Shown here piece after piece: positions 1 through 10,328 of a stretch of DNA of 64,000 bases. The stretch covers positions 94,988 through 158,987 of the forward strand of contig CABZIW010000001.1 in assembly GCA_902526005.1 (NCBI GenBank), in the 5' to 3' direction. This DNA is from an uncultured Pelagibacteraceae bacterium. GTDB lineage: Bacteria > Pseudomonadota > Alphaproteobacteria > Pelagibacterales > AG-422-B15. The stretch's first letter is position 1; the number at the start of each line of letters is the position of its first letter. The notes beneath the pieces were generated by a model. It saw only the letters and a program-made list of their open reading frames with translations. It ran no database searches and had not been told where the DNA came from. The position numbers and the translations under genes were made by a program.

Positions 1-332
1 TTTAAGAAATTAGGTACCTTTTCATTTTGATTACTTTCTGTTGATTGCAAACTTAAAAAAAGTATTTTCCAGGAAAGCCAGCATATATAGGCTGTACCAA
101 TTACTTTTATAATATTAACCAATATTGGATTTGAGTTCAAAATAGTTAAAAATCCAATTCCTAAACCAATTGTTAAAAATAATTTCCCACAAGTTACACC
201 TATTACAAAGGGTACTGACTTATAAAATCCATGTTGCGCTCCAGAACTCATAAGTAATAAGTTTGCGGGACCAGGTGTTATAACCATAATGGTCGCAAAA
301 ATGAATAATGCAGAATAAAGTGACAGTGTCAT
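1..332 (-). CDS. LysE/RhtB-family amino-acid exporter, N-terminal fragment (gene continues past the left edge of the window)
   Basis: Absent from the ORF track because there is no stop inside the window. The reverse-strand ATG at 330-332 overlaps the pdxA stop (ATGA). The frame is stop-free to position 1 and reads MTLSLYSALFIFATIMVITPGPANLLLMSSGAQHGFYKSVPFVIGVTCGKLFLTIGLGIGF... It is hydrophobic and has the TPGPxN motif typical of LysE translocators. Confidence 0.7.
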   Translation of the reverse strand, partial: MTLSLYSALFIFATIMVITPGPANLLLMSSGAQHGFYKSVPFVIGVTCGKLFLTIGLGIGFLTILNSNPILVNIIKVIGTAYICWLSWKILFLSLQSTESNQNEKVPNFL

Positions 333-1327
333 TTTCTTCTAGCTTGAGCAATTTTTGAAGCTGATTTCAAAGCTGCTATTAAGCTATTAGGTGATGCAAT
401 AAATTTATTTGCAATATCAAGTCCGGTTCCATGGTCAGGACTCGTTCTTACAAATGAAAGTCCAGCGGTATAATTGACCGTTTCATCAAAACTTATCATC
501 TTGACGGGTATCAAAGCTTGATCATGAAACATGCAAATAAAAATATCATATTTATTATGATTATTTTTTATAAATGCTGAGTCAGCAGGCAAAGGCCCTT
601 CAACAGATATTTTCTTTTTTTTACAATAATTAATAGCAGGTAGAATTTTTACCATTTCATCATCACCAATAAGTCCACCGTCACCCGCATGTGGGTTAAG
701 TGCTGTAACAGCTATACGAGGTTTTTTGATTTTAAAATCATTCCTCAAACTTATATTGGCATTAATGATAGCTTTGATGATATTTTTTTTATTTATTTTG
801 CTAGAAACTTTGTTTACCGCAATATGAGTTGTCAGGGGAATAGTTTTCATATTTTTATTCATCATCACCATTAATTGGTCATTTGTTCTATCTTTTTTAG
901 CAAGGTACTCAGTATGACCTCTGAAATTTTTAACTTTTTTTCCAATTACATCTTTATTAATTGGGTTCGTTACAATTGCTGCAACCTCTCCATTTTTTGC
1001 TAGTTTAACTGCAAGATCAATTGATTTTAAAATAGACTTAGTATTAGATAAATTTTTTTTTCCTAATTGTGTGCTTTTACTAATTTTTATTGGCAAAACT
1101 GCTAAATAGTTTTTTGGTAATTTTTTTGCTTCTGAAGGGCTATTTATTTCTCTAACCTTTAATTTAGATTTCATTTTTTTTATAATTTTTTTTACAAAAT
1201 CTGGATCATGTATAATAAAAAAATTTGGTTTTTTTATTTTTTTTATTTTTGCTCTGATTGCAATTTCAGTACCAACACCAGACGGATCACCCATCGTTAC
1301 AGCTATAATATTTGAATTCTTACTCAT
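329..1327 (-). CDS. pdxA: 4-hydroxythreonine-4-phosphate dehydrogenase
   Basis: 332 aa. Carries the PdxA-family motifs IAVTMGDPSGVGTEI, GHTEYL, LNPHAGDGG and SPDHGTG. Confidence 0.9.
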   Translation of the reverse strand: MSKNSNIIAVTMGDPSGVGTEIAIRAKIKKIKKPNFFIIHDPDFVKKIIKKMKSKLKVREINSPSEAKKLPKNYLAVLPIKISKSTQLGKKNLSNTKSILKSIDLAVKLAKNGEVAAIVTNPINKDVIGKKVKNFRGHTEYLAKKDRTNDQLMVMMNKNMKTIPLTTHIAVNKVSSKINKKNIIKAIINANISLRNDFKIKKPRIAVTALNPHAGDGGLIGDDEMVKILPAINYCKKKKISVEGPLPADSAFIKNNHNKYDIFICMFHDQALIPVKMISFDETVNYTAGLSFVRTSPDHGTGLDIANKFIASPNSLIAALKSASKIAQARRK

Positions 1328-1941
1328 TAAAATATTCCTAGAAATTTCTTTTGAAACTTGTGCTCACAATTATCTAACTGGTTTTTATATTTATCTGAAC
1401 GAATTTTTACTTTTTTTGCAACATCAATTAGCCAACTTTGACTCTGGTATGATTTCTTTTTGAAACCACCATGGCCCTCGTGATAAGCCAAATACTGATT
1501 GTATGCATCACTTTTATTAATGCCATTGATTTGATGAGATTTATTTATGTACCAACCCGTAAAATCAATTGCGTCAGCAAAATTTACTCTTGATGCAAGG
1601 GGTTTATTGTTTTCGTCGCGGTACCAATCCCAAGTTGCGTCTATTGCCTGTGTATAACCAAACGCACTTGATTTTCTTGTCCAAGGAATGACACCTAACA
1701 ATTTAGTTCTTTCAGGTTTAACCCTATTTTGAAAAGCAGACTCTTGTCTTAAAATTGACATTTGAACATGAATTGGTGCGCCCCATTTTTCAGAGGAATT
1801 ATTTGCTAGTCTATACCATGAAGATTTTTGTTCGAAAATAGAACAGATATTTTCCTGCTGAGAAGGAGGTTTACTGGCACATCCATAAAAAACTAAAAAA
1901 CTAAAAAACAAAAGAGTAAATAATCTCATTTTTTTATTCAT
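1327..1941 (-). CDS. lipoprotein with lytic-transglycosylase (SLT)-like domain
   Basis: Signal peptide plus lipobox (LVFYGC). Spaced motifs QESAF, GYTQ and AYHEGHGG resemble the ES / GxxQ / AYNxG motifs of family-1 lytic transglycosylases. One-nt TAATG overlap with pdxA. Confidence 0.55.
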   Translation of the reverse strand: MNKKMRLFTLLFFSFLVFYGCASKPPSQQENICSIFEQKSSWYRLANNSSEKWGAPIHVQMSILRQESAFQNRVKPERTKLLGVIPWTRKSSAFGYTQAIDATWDWYRDENNKPLASRVNFADAIDFTGWYINKSHQINGINKSDAYNQYLAYHEGHGGFKKKSYQSQSWLIDVAKKVKIRSDKYKNQLDNCEHKFQKKFLGIF

Positions 1942-1982
1942 TTACTTTGAAAGTTTAAAATAATACCTTTCTCAAACACTAA

Positions 1983-2882
1983 ATGAAACAAATAAATCAA
2001 CCAAGTATTATTAGTTGGCTACTACTCTTTTCACTTGCTATCATATGGGGTGTAAATTTTTTATTTATAAAAATTGCTGTTATAGACGTTGGTCCCATAA
2101 CTAATGTGTTTTGTCGTCTTTTTATGGCGTCCATTATTTTATACGTTTGTATGAAGTATACTGGAAATAAAATCATTCTTACTCGTACATATCTGACATT
2201 TTATATTGCTATAGGAGCATTGGGTTCAGCAATTCCATTTTATTTAATATCAGACGCGGAGAGAATTATTGATGCTGGTATTGCTGGAGTTTTGATGAGC
2301 CCTATGCCTCTTATAACTCTTGCTTTGTCAGCCATAATTTTAAAGGATCAAAACATAAATATAATTAAAGTACTTAGTTTTATCTTAGCGGCATTGGGAT
2401 TAGTTGTGCTTTTTGGTTTTGAGAATCTATCTAAATTAGGTGGAAATAATAGAGTTGAATTTTTTAGTCAGATTTTTGTATTGCTAGCTGCGATTTGCTA
2501 TGGTGTAAATTCTATTGTTTCAAAATTAGTACCAAAAATAAATTTTATTTCTTTAGCAACAGGAACAACTATGGCAAGCACAATAATTATCAGTCCATTT
2601 GCTTTTTTTTATGAGCCATTCTGGCTAGAGAGTTTCACCAGCTCTTCAACTATAGCAATTGTTGTTCAGGGTTTATTTGCAACAGCAATTGCTAATTTAT
2701 TATTTTTTAAAATTATTGAGCTTCAAGGACCAGTATTTTTATCTTTAATTAATTTTATGATACCTCTCATCGCCTATTTTTCAGGAGTTTTATTTCTAAA
2801 CGAAATAATCAGAGTGAATGTACTAGTTTCTCTCGCTATGATACTATTTGCACTTTACCTCAATCATGTATCTTCAAAGTAA
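1983..2882 (+). CDS. EamA/DMT-family permease
   Basis: 299 aa polytopic membrane protein with about 10 hydrophobic segments arranged as two EamA-like halves. Confidence 0.8.
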   Translation: MKQINQPSIISWLLLFSLAIIWGVNFLFIKIAVIDVGPITNVFCRLFMASIILYVCMKYTGNKIILTRTYLTFYIAIGALGSAIPFYLISDAERIIDAGIAGVLMSPMPLITLALSAIILKDQNINIIKVLSFILAALGLVVLFGFENLSKLGGNNRVEFFSQIFVLLAAICYGVNSIVSKLVPKINFISLATGTTMASTIIISPFAFFYEPFWLESFTSSSTIAIVVQGLFATAIANLLFFKIIELQGPVFLSLINFMIPLIAYFSGVLFLNEIIRVNVLVSLAMILFALYLNHVSSK

Positions 2883-2923
2883 GTGCAAGAGGTTTAAAAA
2901 GAGGAAATTTATTAATTATTTAA

Positions 2924-3688
2924 ATGTTAAGCATTAATCAATTATCGGTAAATTTTGGTGGTATTAAAGCGGTCGATAATGCAACTATGGATGTTGAAAA
3001 AGGCAAAATTACTGGCTTAATTGGCCCAAATGGAGCAGGCAAAACCACACTTTTCAATATCATTGCAGGTAATATTGCTCCAACAAATGGTACTGTATTT
3101 CTTGATGAAAAGAACATCACAGGACTTCAATCGCATGAGCTATTTGATCAAGGAGTGCTGAGAACTTTTCAATTAGCACATGAGTTTTCAAATATGACCG
3201 TACTTGAAAATTTAATGGTGGTTCCTGGATCTCAATCAGGAGAGAAAATTCTTAATACATGGTTTAAAAGAAAAGTTATTGAAGAAGAAGAGTCTATTAT
3301 CAAAGAGAAAGCAATTGAAGTCGTAAATTTCCTTAAGCTAGAACATTTAATGTTTGAGTTAGCTGGTAATTTGTCAGGTGGACAAAAAAAATTACTTGAA
3401 CTAGGCCGAACGATGATGGTTGATGCCAAAATAGTATTGCTGGATGAAGTTGGTGCGGGTGTAAACAGAACCTTGTTAAATGATATATCGGATACGATTA
3501 AAAAATTGAATACTGAAAAAAATTATACTTTTTTTATGATTGAACATGACATGAATTTTTTAAGTCAACTCTGCGACAAAGTAATTGTTATGACCGAAGG
3601 GTCTGTTCTCGTAGAGGGTAATATTGATGAAATCAAAAAAAATGAAAAAGTAATAGAAGCCTACTTGGGAAGAGACGATATCAAATGA
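2924..3688 (+). CDS. livG: HAAT-family (Liv-type) ABC transporter ATP-binding protein
   Basis: Walker A GPNGAGKTT, signature LSGGQKKLLELGR, Walker B VLLDE. LivG-like length and N-terminus. Confidence 0.9.
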   Translation: MLSINQLSVNFGGIKAVDNATMDVEKGKITGLIGPNGAGKTTLFNIIAGNIAPTNGTVFLDEKNITGLQSHELFDQGVLRTFQLAHEFSNMTVLENLMVVPGSQSGEKILNTWFKRKVIEEEESIIKEKAIEVVNFLKLEHLMFELAGNLSGGQKKLLELGRTMMVDAKIVLLDEVGAGVNRTLLNDISDTIKKLNTEKNYTFFMIEHDMNFLSQLCDKVIVMTEGSVLVEGNIDEIKKNEKVIEAYLGRDDIK

Positions 3689-4392
3689 GTAAATTTTTAA
3701 GTTGCACTAATATGACAGGGGGTTATGGCGGTGAAGATATTATTCATGCATGCGATATTGAAGTAGATAAAAATCAAATTGTTGTAATTGTGGGTCCAAA
3801 TGGCGCTGGTAAATCAACGGCAATGAAAGCAATGCTTGGTATGATTTCTCTTAAGGAAGGTATTTTGATGTTAGATGGTTCAGATATTTCAAAATTAACG
3901 CCTCAAGATCGGGTGGCAGCTGGGATTGCGTTTGTGCCACAAACAATGAACATATTCAGTGAGCTTACAGTAGAAGAAAATTTAGAAATGGGAGCCTTTC
4001 TTAGGGAAGATAATGTTCAAGAAACAATTGAGGAGCTTTATAATTTATTTCCAGCAATGAAAGACAAAAGAAATCAGCTTGCAGGTGAATTATCAGGTGG
4101 ACAAAGACAACAAGTTGCAGTTAGTCGCGCATTAATGACAAGACCTAAGGTTCTCATGCTCGATGAGCCAACAGCTGGCGTTTCACCAATAGTTATGAAA
4201 GAAATTTTTGAGAGAATTATAACTATTAAGAACTCAGGAGTTGCAATTGTGATTGTCGAGCAAAATGCCAAACAAGCATTAAATATTGCAGATTTTGGTT
4301 ATGTTTTGGTCGGGGGGGAGAACAAATTTAGTGGAGAAGGACAAGAGCTATTAAATAATCAAGAAGTAAGAAAAAGTTTCTTGGGAGGATAA
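3685..4392 (+). CDS. livF: HAAT-family (Liv-type) ABC transporter ATP-binding protein
   Basis: Walker A GPNGAGKST, signature LSGGQRQQVAVSRAL, Walker B LMLDEPTAG. ATGA start/stop overlap with the preceding ATPase. Confidence 0.9.
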   Translation: MSKFLSCTNMTGGYGGEDIIHACDIEVDKNQIVVIVGPNGAGKSTAMKAMLGMISLKEGILMLDGSDISKLTPQDRVAAGIAFVPQTMNIFSELTVEENLEMGAFLREDNVQETIEELYNLFPAMKDKRNQLAGELSGGQRQQVAVSRALMTRPKVLMLDEPTAGVSPIVMKEIFERIITIKNSGVAIVIVEQNAKQALNIADFGYVLVGGENKFSGEGQELLNNQEVRKSFLGG

Positions 4393-4393
4393 G

Positions 4394-5413
4394 TTGGAAA
4401 ATTTTGAATTTATTAATGCAATAGTCCTGTTGGCAAATTTTGTAATTGTCCCAGCTTTGTCATATGGAAGTCAACTTGCGTTAGCTACATTAAGTTTAAC
4501 AATTATTTATGGCGTATTAAGATTTTCAAACTTTGCTCAGGCTGATTGGATGTCATTTGGAACGATGGCTACTATTTTATTTACTTGGTTATTTCAAAGT
4601 ATAGGAATCACTGCTGGAGTTCTTCCTACTGCATTACTTGCTCTACCTTTTGCTATAATAGTAACAGCTTTGTTTTGTCTTTTAATTGACCGATCAGTTT
4701 ACAGTTTTTATCGTAAACAAAAAAGCCAACCTATAGTACTCATGATCGTTTCTGTAGGAGTTATGTTTATTCTGCAAGCAGTAGTCAGATTTATTATAGG
4801 ACCAAATGATAGAAAGTTTTTTGATGGTGAAAAGTATATAGTACACGCCTTGGATTTTAAAAATTACTTTGGATTAGAGGAAGGATTAACAATTAAATCA
4901 ACTCAATTAATCACAGTCATTGTAGCTTTAATTGCAATGATAAGTTTATTTTATTTCTTACAGAAGACTAAACTGGGCAAGTCAATGAGAGCATACTCAA
5001 ATAATGAAGACCTGGCACTATTATCAGGAATTAATCCTGAAAAGATAGTGATTGTTACCTGGGTTATATCTTCAATCTTAATTACTACTGCTGGGGTTCT
5101 CTATGGGCTAGATAAGAGTTTTAAACCATTTACATATTTTAATTTGCTGTTACCAATGTTTGCGGCTGCAATTGTAGGTGGAATAGGGTCACCAATTGGT
5201 GCAGTAATTGGAGGCTATGTCATTGCATTCTCTGAAATTACATTAACCTATGCTTATAAGAAATTCTTTGTGTATCTTCTTCCAGAAAATTTAGAGCCTT
5301 CAGGATTAATGCAAGTTCTCTCAACAGATTATAAGTTTGCTATTTCTTTCATTATTTTGGTGATTGTACTGATTGTCAGACCAACAGGAATTGTGAGGGG
5401 TAAAATAATATGA
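4394..5413 (+). CDS. livH: HAAT-family ABC transporter permease (LivH-like)
   Basis: 339 aa polytopic membrane protein following the two Liv-type ATPases. Apparent TTG start 1 nt after the livF stop. Confidence 0.85.
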   Translation: MENFEFINAIVLLANFVIVPALSYGSQLALATLSLTIIYGVLRFSNFAQADWMSFGTMATILFTWLFQSIGITAGVLPTALLALPFAIIVTALFCLLIDRSVYSFYRKQKSQPIVLMIVSVGVMFILQAVVRFIIGPNDRKFFDGEKYIVHALDFKNYFGLEEGLTIKSTQLITVIVALIAMISLFYFLQKTKLGKSMRAYSNNEDLALLSGINPEKIVIVTWVISSILITTAGVLYGLDKSFKPFTYFNLLLPMFAAAIVGGIGSPIGAVIGGYVIAFSEITLTYAYKKFFVYLLPENLEPSGLMQVLSTDYKFAISFIILVIVLIVRPTGIVRGKII

Positions 5414-6780
5414 GCGAAGACTTAAGAGCACCAGTTGCATTCACTGTAATGGCAGTTTTGCTCGCAATTGTGGGCTTTACTCAGTCCTGGTCTGTGTCTC
5501 TCAGTGTTATTAATCTCTGCATTATTTCATCAATAATGGCGATTGGTGTCAATTTGCAATGGGGGTATGGAGGTTTGTTTAATGCAGGAGTAATGGGTTT
5601 TACTGCGCTTGGAGGCTTAACGGCAGTATTGGTTTCACACGATCCAATTTACGAAGCATGGGATAAAGCGGGCATCGGAATTGTAATTAGTACAATAATT
5701 TTTGTTTTATCAATTACTGCTCTCTTATTTGTATTTAGAAATATTGAAAATAAACAAATAAGAAACACTCTTATAATCTTAATAATTGTTTTTAGTTTAA
5801 TTGGAATTAATAATTTTTATGGGCCTTCAATAGATATTATCGAGTCGATTAATCCTGCTAAAACAGGTTTTCTTGGAGGTTTGGGGTTACCAATTATTTT
5901 CTCTTGGCTAATTGCTGCAGTAGTTGCTGGACTTGTTGCATGGGTAATAGGAAAAATTACTCTCCGATTAAGGTCAGACTATTTAGCTATCGCAACTCTT
6001 GGGATTTCTGAAATTGTAATCGCAGTAGTAAAACATGAAGATTGGTTATCTCGAGGAGTTAAAAACGTTTCAGGTTTGGATAGACCTGTTCCATATGAAA
6101 TTGAACTTCAACAATCTGAATGGTTCCTTAATCTAGTCGAGAGAATAAACTTTTCAAAACTAGAAGCTATGCAATCTCTTTCATCAAGACAAGATTTGCT
6201 GAACGATCTTGTTATTGATAGTTCAGGAATATTTGTAAAACTCTGTTATGCAGGATTATTTTTTTCTGTTCTTTTGTTAATCTTCTATCTAAGTCAACTT
6301 GCTTTAAACTCACCATGGGGAAGAATGTTAAGAGCCATAAGAGATAACGAAGAAGCAGCTAGTGCAATGGGTAAAAATATCTTTGCACAACATTTACAAA
6401 TTTTTATTATTGGCTCAGCTATAATTGGAATAGCGGGAGCGATGCTCACTACCTTAGATGGCCAATTTACACCCGGGTCATATCGTCCATTAAGATTTAC
6501 ATTTATTATATGGCTAATGGTTATCATTGGTGGATCGGGTAATAACTTAGGATCAATTTTTGGAGGATTCTTTATTTGGTTTATTTGGATTGAAGCGGAA
6601 CCATTGTCCATTGGTTTTATGAACATGCTGGCTGGTGGGCTCGAATACGACAATCCTCTCAGGATGCATCTATTGGGAAGCGCAGCACATCTTAGATTAT
6701 TTATAATGGGGTTATTACTTTTATTGGCGCTGAGGTTTATGCCAAGAGGGGTAATACCTGAGAAAATCCAAAAAAAATAG
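5410..6780 (+). CDS. livM: HAAT-family ABC transporter permease (LivM-like)
   Basis: 456 aa polytopic membrane protein with the LivM-type motif LRAIRDNEEAASAMGKN. Four-nt overlap with the livH-like gene. Confidence 0.85.
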   Translation: MSEDLRAPVAFTVMAVLLAIVGFTQSWSVSLSVINLCIISSIMAIGVNLQWGYGGLFNAGVMGFTALGGLTAVLVSHDPIYEAWDKAGIGIVISTIIFVLSITALLFVFRNIENKQIRNTLIILIIVFSLIGINNFYGPSIDIIESINPAKTGFLGGLGLPIIFSWLIAAVVAGLVAWVIGKITLRLRSDYLAIATLGISEIVIAVVKHEDWLSRGVKNVSGLDRPVPYEIELQQSEWFLNLVERINFSKLEAMQSLSSRQDLLNDLVIDSSGIFVKLCYAGLFFSVLLLIFYLSQLALNSPWGRMLRAIRDNEEAASAMGKNIFAQHLQIFIIGSAIIGIAGAMLTTLDGQFTPGSYRPLRFTFIIWLMVIIGGSGNNLGSIFGGFFIWFIWIEAEPLSIGFMNMLAGGLEYDNPLRMHLLGSAAHLRLFIMGLLLLLALRFMPRGVIPEKIQKK

Positions 6781-6800
6781 GGGCCAAAATCGGCCCCTAT
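6777..6800 (-). terminator. GC-rich hairpin between the convergent livM-like and binding-protein genes; intrinsic terminator for the minus-strand gene
   Basis: ATAGGGGCC-aaaatc-GGCCCCTAT forms a 9-bp stem. Read on the minus strand it is followed directly by a run of 8 T. On the plus strand there is no good T-run. Confidence 0.65.
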
Positions 6801-6819
6801 TAATTAAAATGTTAAGATC

Positions 6820-8034
6820 TTAACGAACTGTAACTGTATTAAATTTACCGTTACCTATTTCAAGCTCTTTATAAGAACCAGAAGCTTCACCAACATCAGA
6901 GAACTCAACATTTGTTGCACCTTGATAGTTAACTTGGCCTCCATCTTTTAAAATTTGTAATGCTTTGCCTAATTCACCTGGAAAAATTTCTGTTCCAGGA
7001 GCGTTTGCAACTCCCATTACATTTTGAGCGATTGAAGATCTGTCTGCAGAATTACCTGCTTGTATTGCAAGCAATATTAAGGCAGCTGCATCGTAGGACT
7101 CTGGTTCGAATGGTCCATCACCTGGGATGCCGTTTGAAGATGCAATTGATTTAAACATGTTTGCTCCTTCTGACTCAGATCCTGGTAAAGTTCCAAAAGT
7201 TCCTGTCAAATCACCATCTACATTTTCAATCAGACTGTCGCCAATCATTCCATCGGCAAGAATAAATCTTGAAAATGCTCCAGTCTCCATCGAGTTCTGA
7301 ATGATTCCTCGACCACCTTGGTCTACGTAACCAAGAACAGCAACTTCTGAGGCACCTGAAGCTGATAGTGTTGATACTTCTGCTGAGTAATCACCTTTGC
7401 CATCTTCATGAGGTACTTCAGTAGTAACAGATCCGCCCATCGCTTTAAATGCATTTACAAAACTATCGGACAGTCCTTTACCGTAGTCATTATTAGTATA
7501 AGTAACAGCAACTTCGTTGATACCTCTATCCATAACTACTTGAGCCAATACTTGCCCTTGTCTTGCATCAGATGGTGCGGTTCTAAAGAAGTAACCTTTA
7601 TCATCAATGTCCGTTAATGCCGGCGAAGTAGCTGATGGGGAAATCATTGTTACCCCATTAGGCACTGCTACATTATTTGCAATTGCAGTTGTAACTCCTG
7701 AGCAATCCGCTCCCATTATTGCTGCAACATTATCTGATGTTACGAGTCTTTCGGCCGCTGAAGTTGCCGCACCAGCATCAACACATGTTGAGTCAGCACG
7801 AACAGAACTTACTGTTGCTCCGCCTAAAAGCAATCCAGAGTCACTTGCCTCTTTCATCGCAAGTTCAGCTGAACTGGCCATTGTTGGTGTGAGTGACTCA
7901 ATTGGACCTGTAAATCCAAGAATTACTCCGATTTTTATTTCGTCAGTAGATGCTTGATCTGACTGTCTGTCACAACCATAGAACAGTCCTAAGACCAACA
8001 CCCCTGCGATTAAACTGAATATCGTTTTTTTCAT
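6820..8034 (-). CDS. Liv-type (type-1 periplasmic binding fold) ABC substrate-binding lipoprotein
   Basis: 404 aa with a signal peptide and lipobox (LFYGC). Gly/Ala/Ser-rich mature protein resembling Leu/Ile/Val-binding proteins (IKIGVILGFTGPIESL, GADCSG). Convergent with the livGFHM-like genes. Confidence 0.85.
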   Translation of the reverse strand: MKKTIFSLIAGVLVLGLFYGCDRQSDQASTDEIKIGVILGFTGPIESLTPTMASSAELAMKEASDSGLLLGGATVSSVRADSTCVDAGAATSAAERLVTSDNVAAIMGADCSGVTTAIANNVAVPNGVTMISPSATSPALTDIDDKGYFFRTAPSDARQGQVLAQVVMDRGINEVAVTYTNNDYGKGLSDSFVNAFKAMGGSVTTEVPHEDGKGDYSAEVSTLSASGASEVAVLGYVDQGGRGIIQNSMETGAFSRFILADGMIGDSLIENVDGDLTGTFGTLPGSESEGANMFKSIASSNGIPGDGPFEPESYDAAALILLAIQAGNSADRSSIAQNVMGVANAPGTEIFPGELGKALQILKDGGQVNYQGATNVEFSDVGEASGSYKELEIGNGKFNTVTVR

Positions 8035-8120
8035 TAATAATCTCCCATTCTAATTGGCCTATATGCTAGCAAATCAGCTAATTCGGATCAACTTTGATTT
8101 TATTAATTAAGTTATTATAG

Positions 8121-9071
8121 TTGATAAAAATGACCATTTTCCAAAGTATATTTACAAGCACATTTTTTATACTTCTACTTATTATAGTTGTACTCACAGT
8201 TATTTATGCATTTAACAGCTTTGAAAAAGGGAACTTAAAATCCTATCAGGAAAAATCTGACTATAATTTTGTCAACCTTTCTAAAGGAAAAACAGCCTAT
8301 AAGGATTATGGAAATAAAAATGATCCTGCAATAATTATTATTCATGGCGCAACTTTACCTTCAGAAGGATATGTTGGTTTCTGTGAGGGATTAAGTCTAA
8401 AAGGCTATAGGGTAATCTGTTATGATCAATACGGAAGAGGTTACTCTGACAGACCTGTTTCTGATTACAACATGGAATTTTATCTAGATCAACTTAACGA
8501 ATTATTAGATTATTTAGAAATAAAGAAATCTATTCTACATGGTTCATCAATGGGAGCTCCTATTGCAATCAATTACGCTAACAAATATCCAAATCAAGTA
8601 TCTGCTATTGGTTTACAAGTTCCTCTAGTAAATAGTAACAGTAAAATACTCAGTATTCTAAAAACTCCAATCCTAGGAAATTTTGTTTTAAGAACTTTTG
8701 GGATTCCTTTTTCAAAAAATAGAGCTGAACAATGGGTAACCAATAATCCTGAACAGAGAGATTTGGTTGACAGATACATTGCTCAACTTACACTGCCTGG
8801 AACAGAGCAATCACTGCTTTCTTCAATACGTAATATTGCAAATACAAACTTTATTCCTGATTATAAAAAATTCTCACAATCCGATATTCCTATTCATATA
8901 GCCTATGCAAGTGATGATGATGAAATTGATCCAAAAACTGTTCAACGGGTTTTAGACTTAATTCCAAGGGCTGAAAGTTTTGTTTTTACAGGTGGTCACG
9001 GTGGTGGTGGATTTATTGTTGATGAGCTCAATAATATATTTACTGACTTCCTTAATAAAAATTTAAACTAA
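8121..9071 (+). CDS. membrane-anchored alpha/beta-fold hydrolase
   Basis: N-terminal TM helix, oxyanion region IIIHGATL, nucleophile elbow GSSMG, C-terminal acidic/His region. The track start at 8121 is TTG; an in-frame ATG lies at 8130. Confidence 0.75.
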   Translation: MIKMTIFQSIFTSTFFILLLIIVVLTVIYAFNSFEKGNLKSYQEKSDYNFVNLSKGKTAYKDYGNKNDPAIIIIHGATLPSEGYVGFCEGLSLKGYRVICYDQYGRGYSDRPVSDYNMEFYLDQLNELLDYLEIKKSILHGSSMGAPIAINYANKYPNQVSAIGLQVPLVNSNSKILSILKTPILGNFVLRTFGIPFSKNRAEQWVTNNPEQRDLVDRYIAQLTLPGTEQSLLSSIRNIANTNFIPDYKKFSQSDIPIHIAYASDDDEIDPKTVQRVLDLIPRAESFVFTGGHGGGGFIVDELNNIFTDFLNKNLN

Positions 9072-10325
9072 GAGCAATCTATCAATCTGCGTTGTATAGT
9101 TTCTTGTACAGTTTTCTCTTTTTTGTCTCCAATTGCCAACTTTACATTCTGATGCCATCTGAAGTGTATCCCGACCATAACGGTAGTTAATGGCATCGAC
9201 TGCTGACATAAGATCAGAATTTTGATTATAATTTTTTTCAAATAGTGTCTCTTGAATTTCTGACTCATCACACAAACCACTAAGAAGTACACCTGCTTTT
9301 TTATACTGATAGTTATTTTTAAAAATTCTCTTTGTAAGCAATAAAGATGTTTCAATAATTGTTATGCTATCGTGGGTTGGATGAGAAAGCGTTCTTGATG
9401 CCCCGTTTGAATAATAAGCACTTTTTTTATCAAAAGGATTAGTTCTTACAAAGACCGAAACACAAGACGCCGCAAGGCTTTCAGAGCGTATACGTTCAGC
9501 AGCTCTTCGCGCAAAAGTTGTAACAGCTTGCTCTATGTCGTCTAAATTTGTCAGAAGTTTTCCAAATGATCTTGTGGTACAACAGCTTTTTCTTGTCATT
9601 GAGTATTCTTCAAGAGGAATACAAGAAATCCCTCTTAACTCTGTAATTGTTTTCAAGCCATTCACACTCATCATTTTTCTTATCCATGAGTCACTGCAAT
9701 TCTTTAGTAGTTTTGCATTATGTATACCATGGTTAATTAATTTTTTTGATAAACGTCTTCCTACTCCCCATACATCACCCACTTCAGTTAGTTCAAGTAT
9801 CTGGTCAATATTATTATAATTCGCAAGTGAACATACACCATTCAAAGAATCATCTTTTTTAGCCTTATGGTTTGCAACCTTTGCAAGAGTTTTTGTTGAG
9901 GCAATGCCTATGCTGACTGGAATTCCTGTATGCTGTAAGATAGTTTGTCTCAGTTGATGGGCATAAGACTCATAGTCAATTGGTAAACTGCTCAACTCTA
10001 CGAATGCTTCATCAATCGAATATATTTCTGTATAAGGGGAAGAACTTGAAATAATATTCATTACTCGGCGCGACATGTCTGCATACAATGTGTAGTTTGA
10101 AGAAAATACAACCACTTTTTCTTTTTCTACAATATCTTTCACCTTAAAAAGTGGAACACCCATTTTTATTCCAAGAGCCTTTGCTTCTTTGGAACGTGAT
10201 ATTATACAACCATCATTATTTGATAAAGCTACAACTGGTCTATTGTTAAGTTTTGGATTAAAAACGCGTTCGCATGAAACATAAAACGCATTACAATCAA
10301 TTAGTGCAAAAACTTTATCTCTCAT
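9063..10325 (-). CDS. umuC: Y-family translesion DNA polymerase V catalytic subunit
   Basis: N-terminus FALIDCNAFYVSCERVFNPKLNNRPVVALSNNDGCIISRS is typical UmuC. 420 aa, starting 3 nt downstream of the umuD stop. Confidence 0.9.
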   Translation of the reverse strand: MRDKVFALIDCNAFYVSCERVFNPKLNNRPVVALSNNDGCIISRSKEAKALGIKMGVPLFKVKDIVEKEKVVVFSSNYTLYADMSRRVMNIISSSSPYTEIYSIDEAFVELSSLPIDYESYAHQLRQTILQHTGIPVSIGIASTKTLAKVANHKAKKDDSLNGVCSLANYNNIDQILELTEVGDVWGVGRRLSKKLINHGIHNAKLLKNCSDSWIRKMMSVNGLKTITELRGISCIPLEEYSMTRKSCCTTRSFGKLLTNLDDIEQAVTTFARRAAERIRSESLAASCVSVFVRTNPFDKKSAYYSNGASRTLSHPTHDSITIIETSLLLTKRIFKNNYQYKKAGVLLSGLCDESEIQETLFEKNYNQNSDLMSAVDAINYRYGRDTLQMASECKVGNWRQKRENCTRNYTTQIDRLLLV

Positions 10326-10328
10326 TAA

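Noticed and set aside
6960-7957. Plus-strand ORFs of 64, 69 and 116 aa (6960-7154, 7408-7617, 7607-7957) antisense to the binding-protein gene
   Set aside because: They lie entirely inside a well-supported CDS on the other strand. Their translations are low-complexity (Ala/Ser/Val/Ile-rich) with no motifs. Long antisense frames are expected because this gene is GC-richer and stop-poor.
6820-8034. Compositional jump (less AT-rich, Lys-poor) of the binding-protein gene, and likewise amtB, as a sign of horizontal transfer
   Set aside because: There are no flanking mobility genes, repeats or tRNA. The shift tracks amino-acid composition (Gly/Ala/Ser/Thr-rich exported or membrane proteins) and probable high expression. 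The neighbours are the cognate transporter genes.
9068-9355. 95-aa ORF in an alternative minus-strand frame inside umuC
   Set aside because: It is fully nested in umuC. The sequence is Lys/Ile-rich low complexity, typical of an off-frame translation of AT-rich coding DNA.
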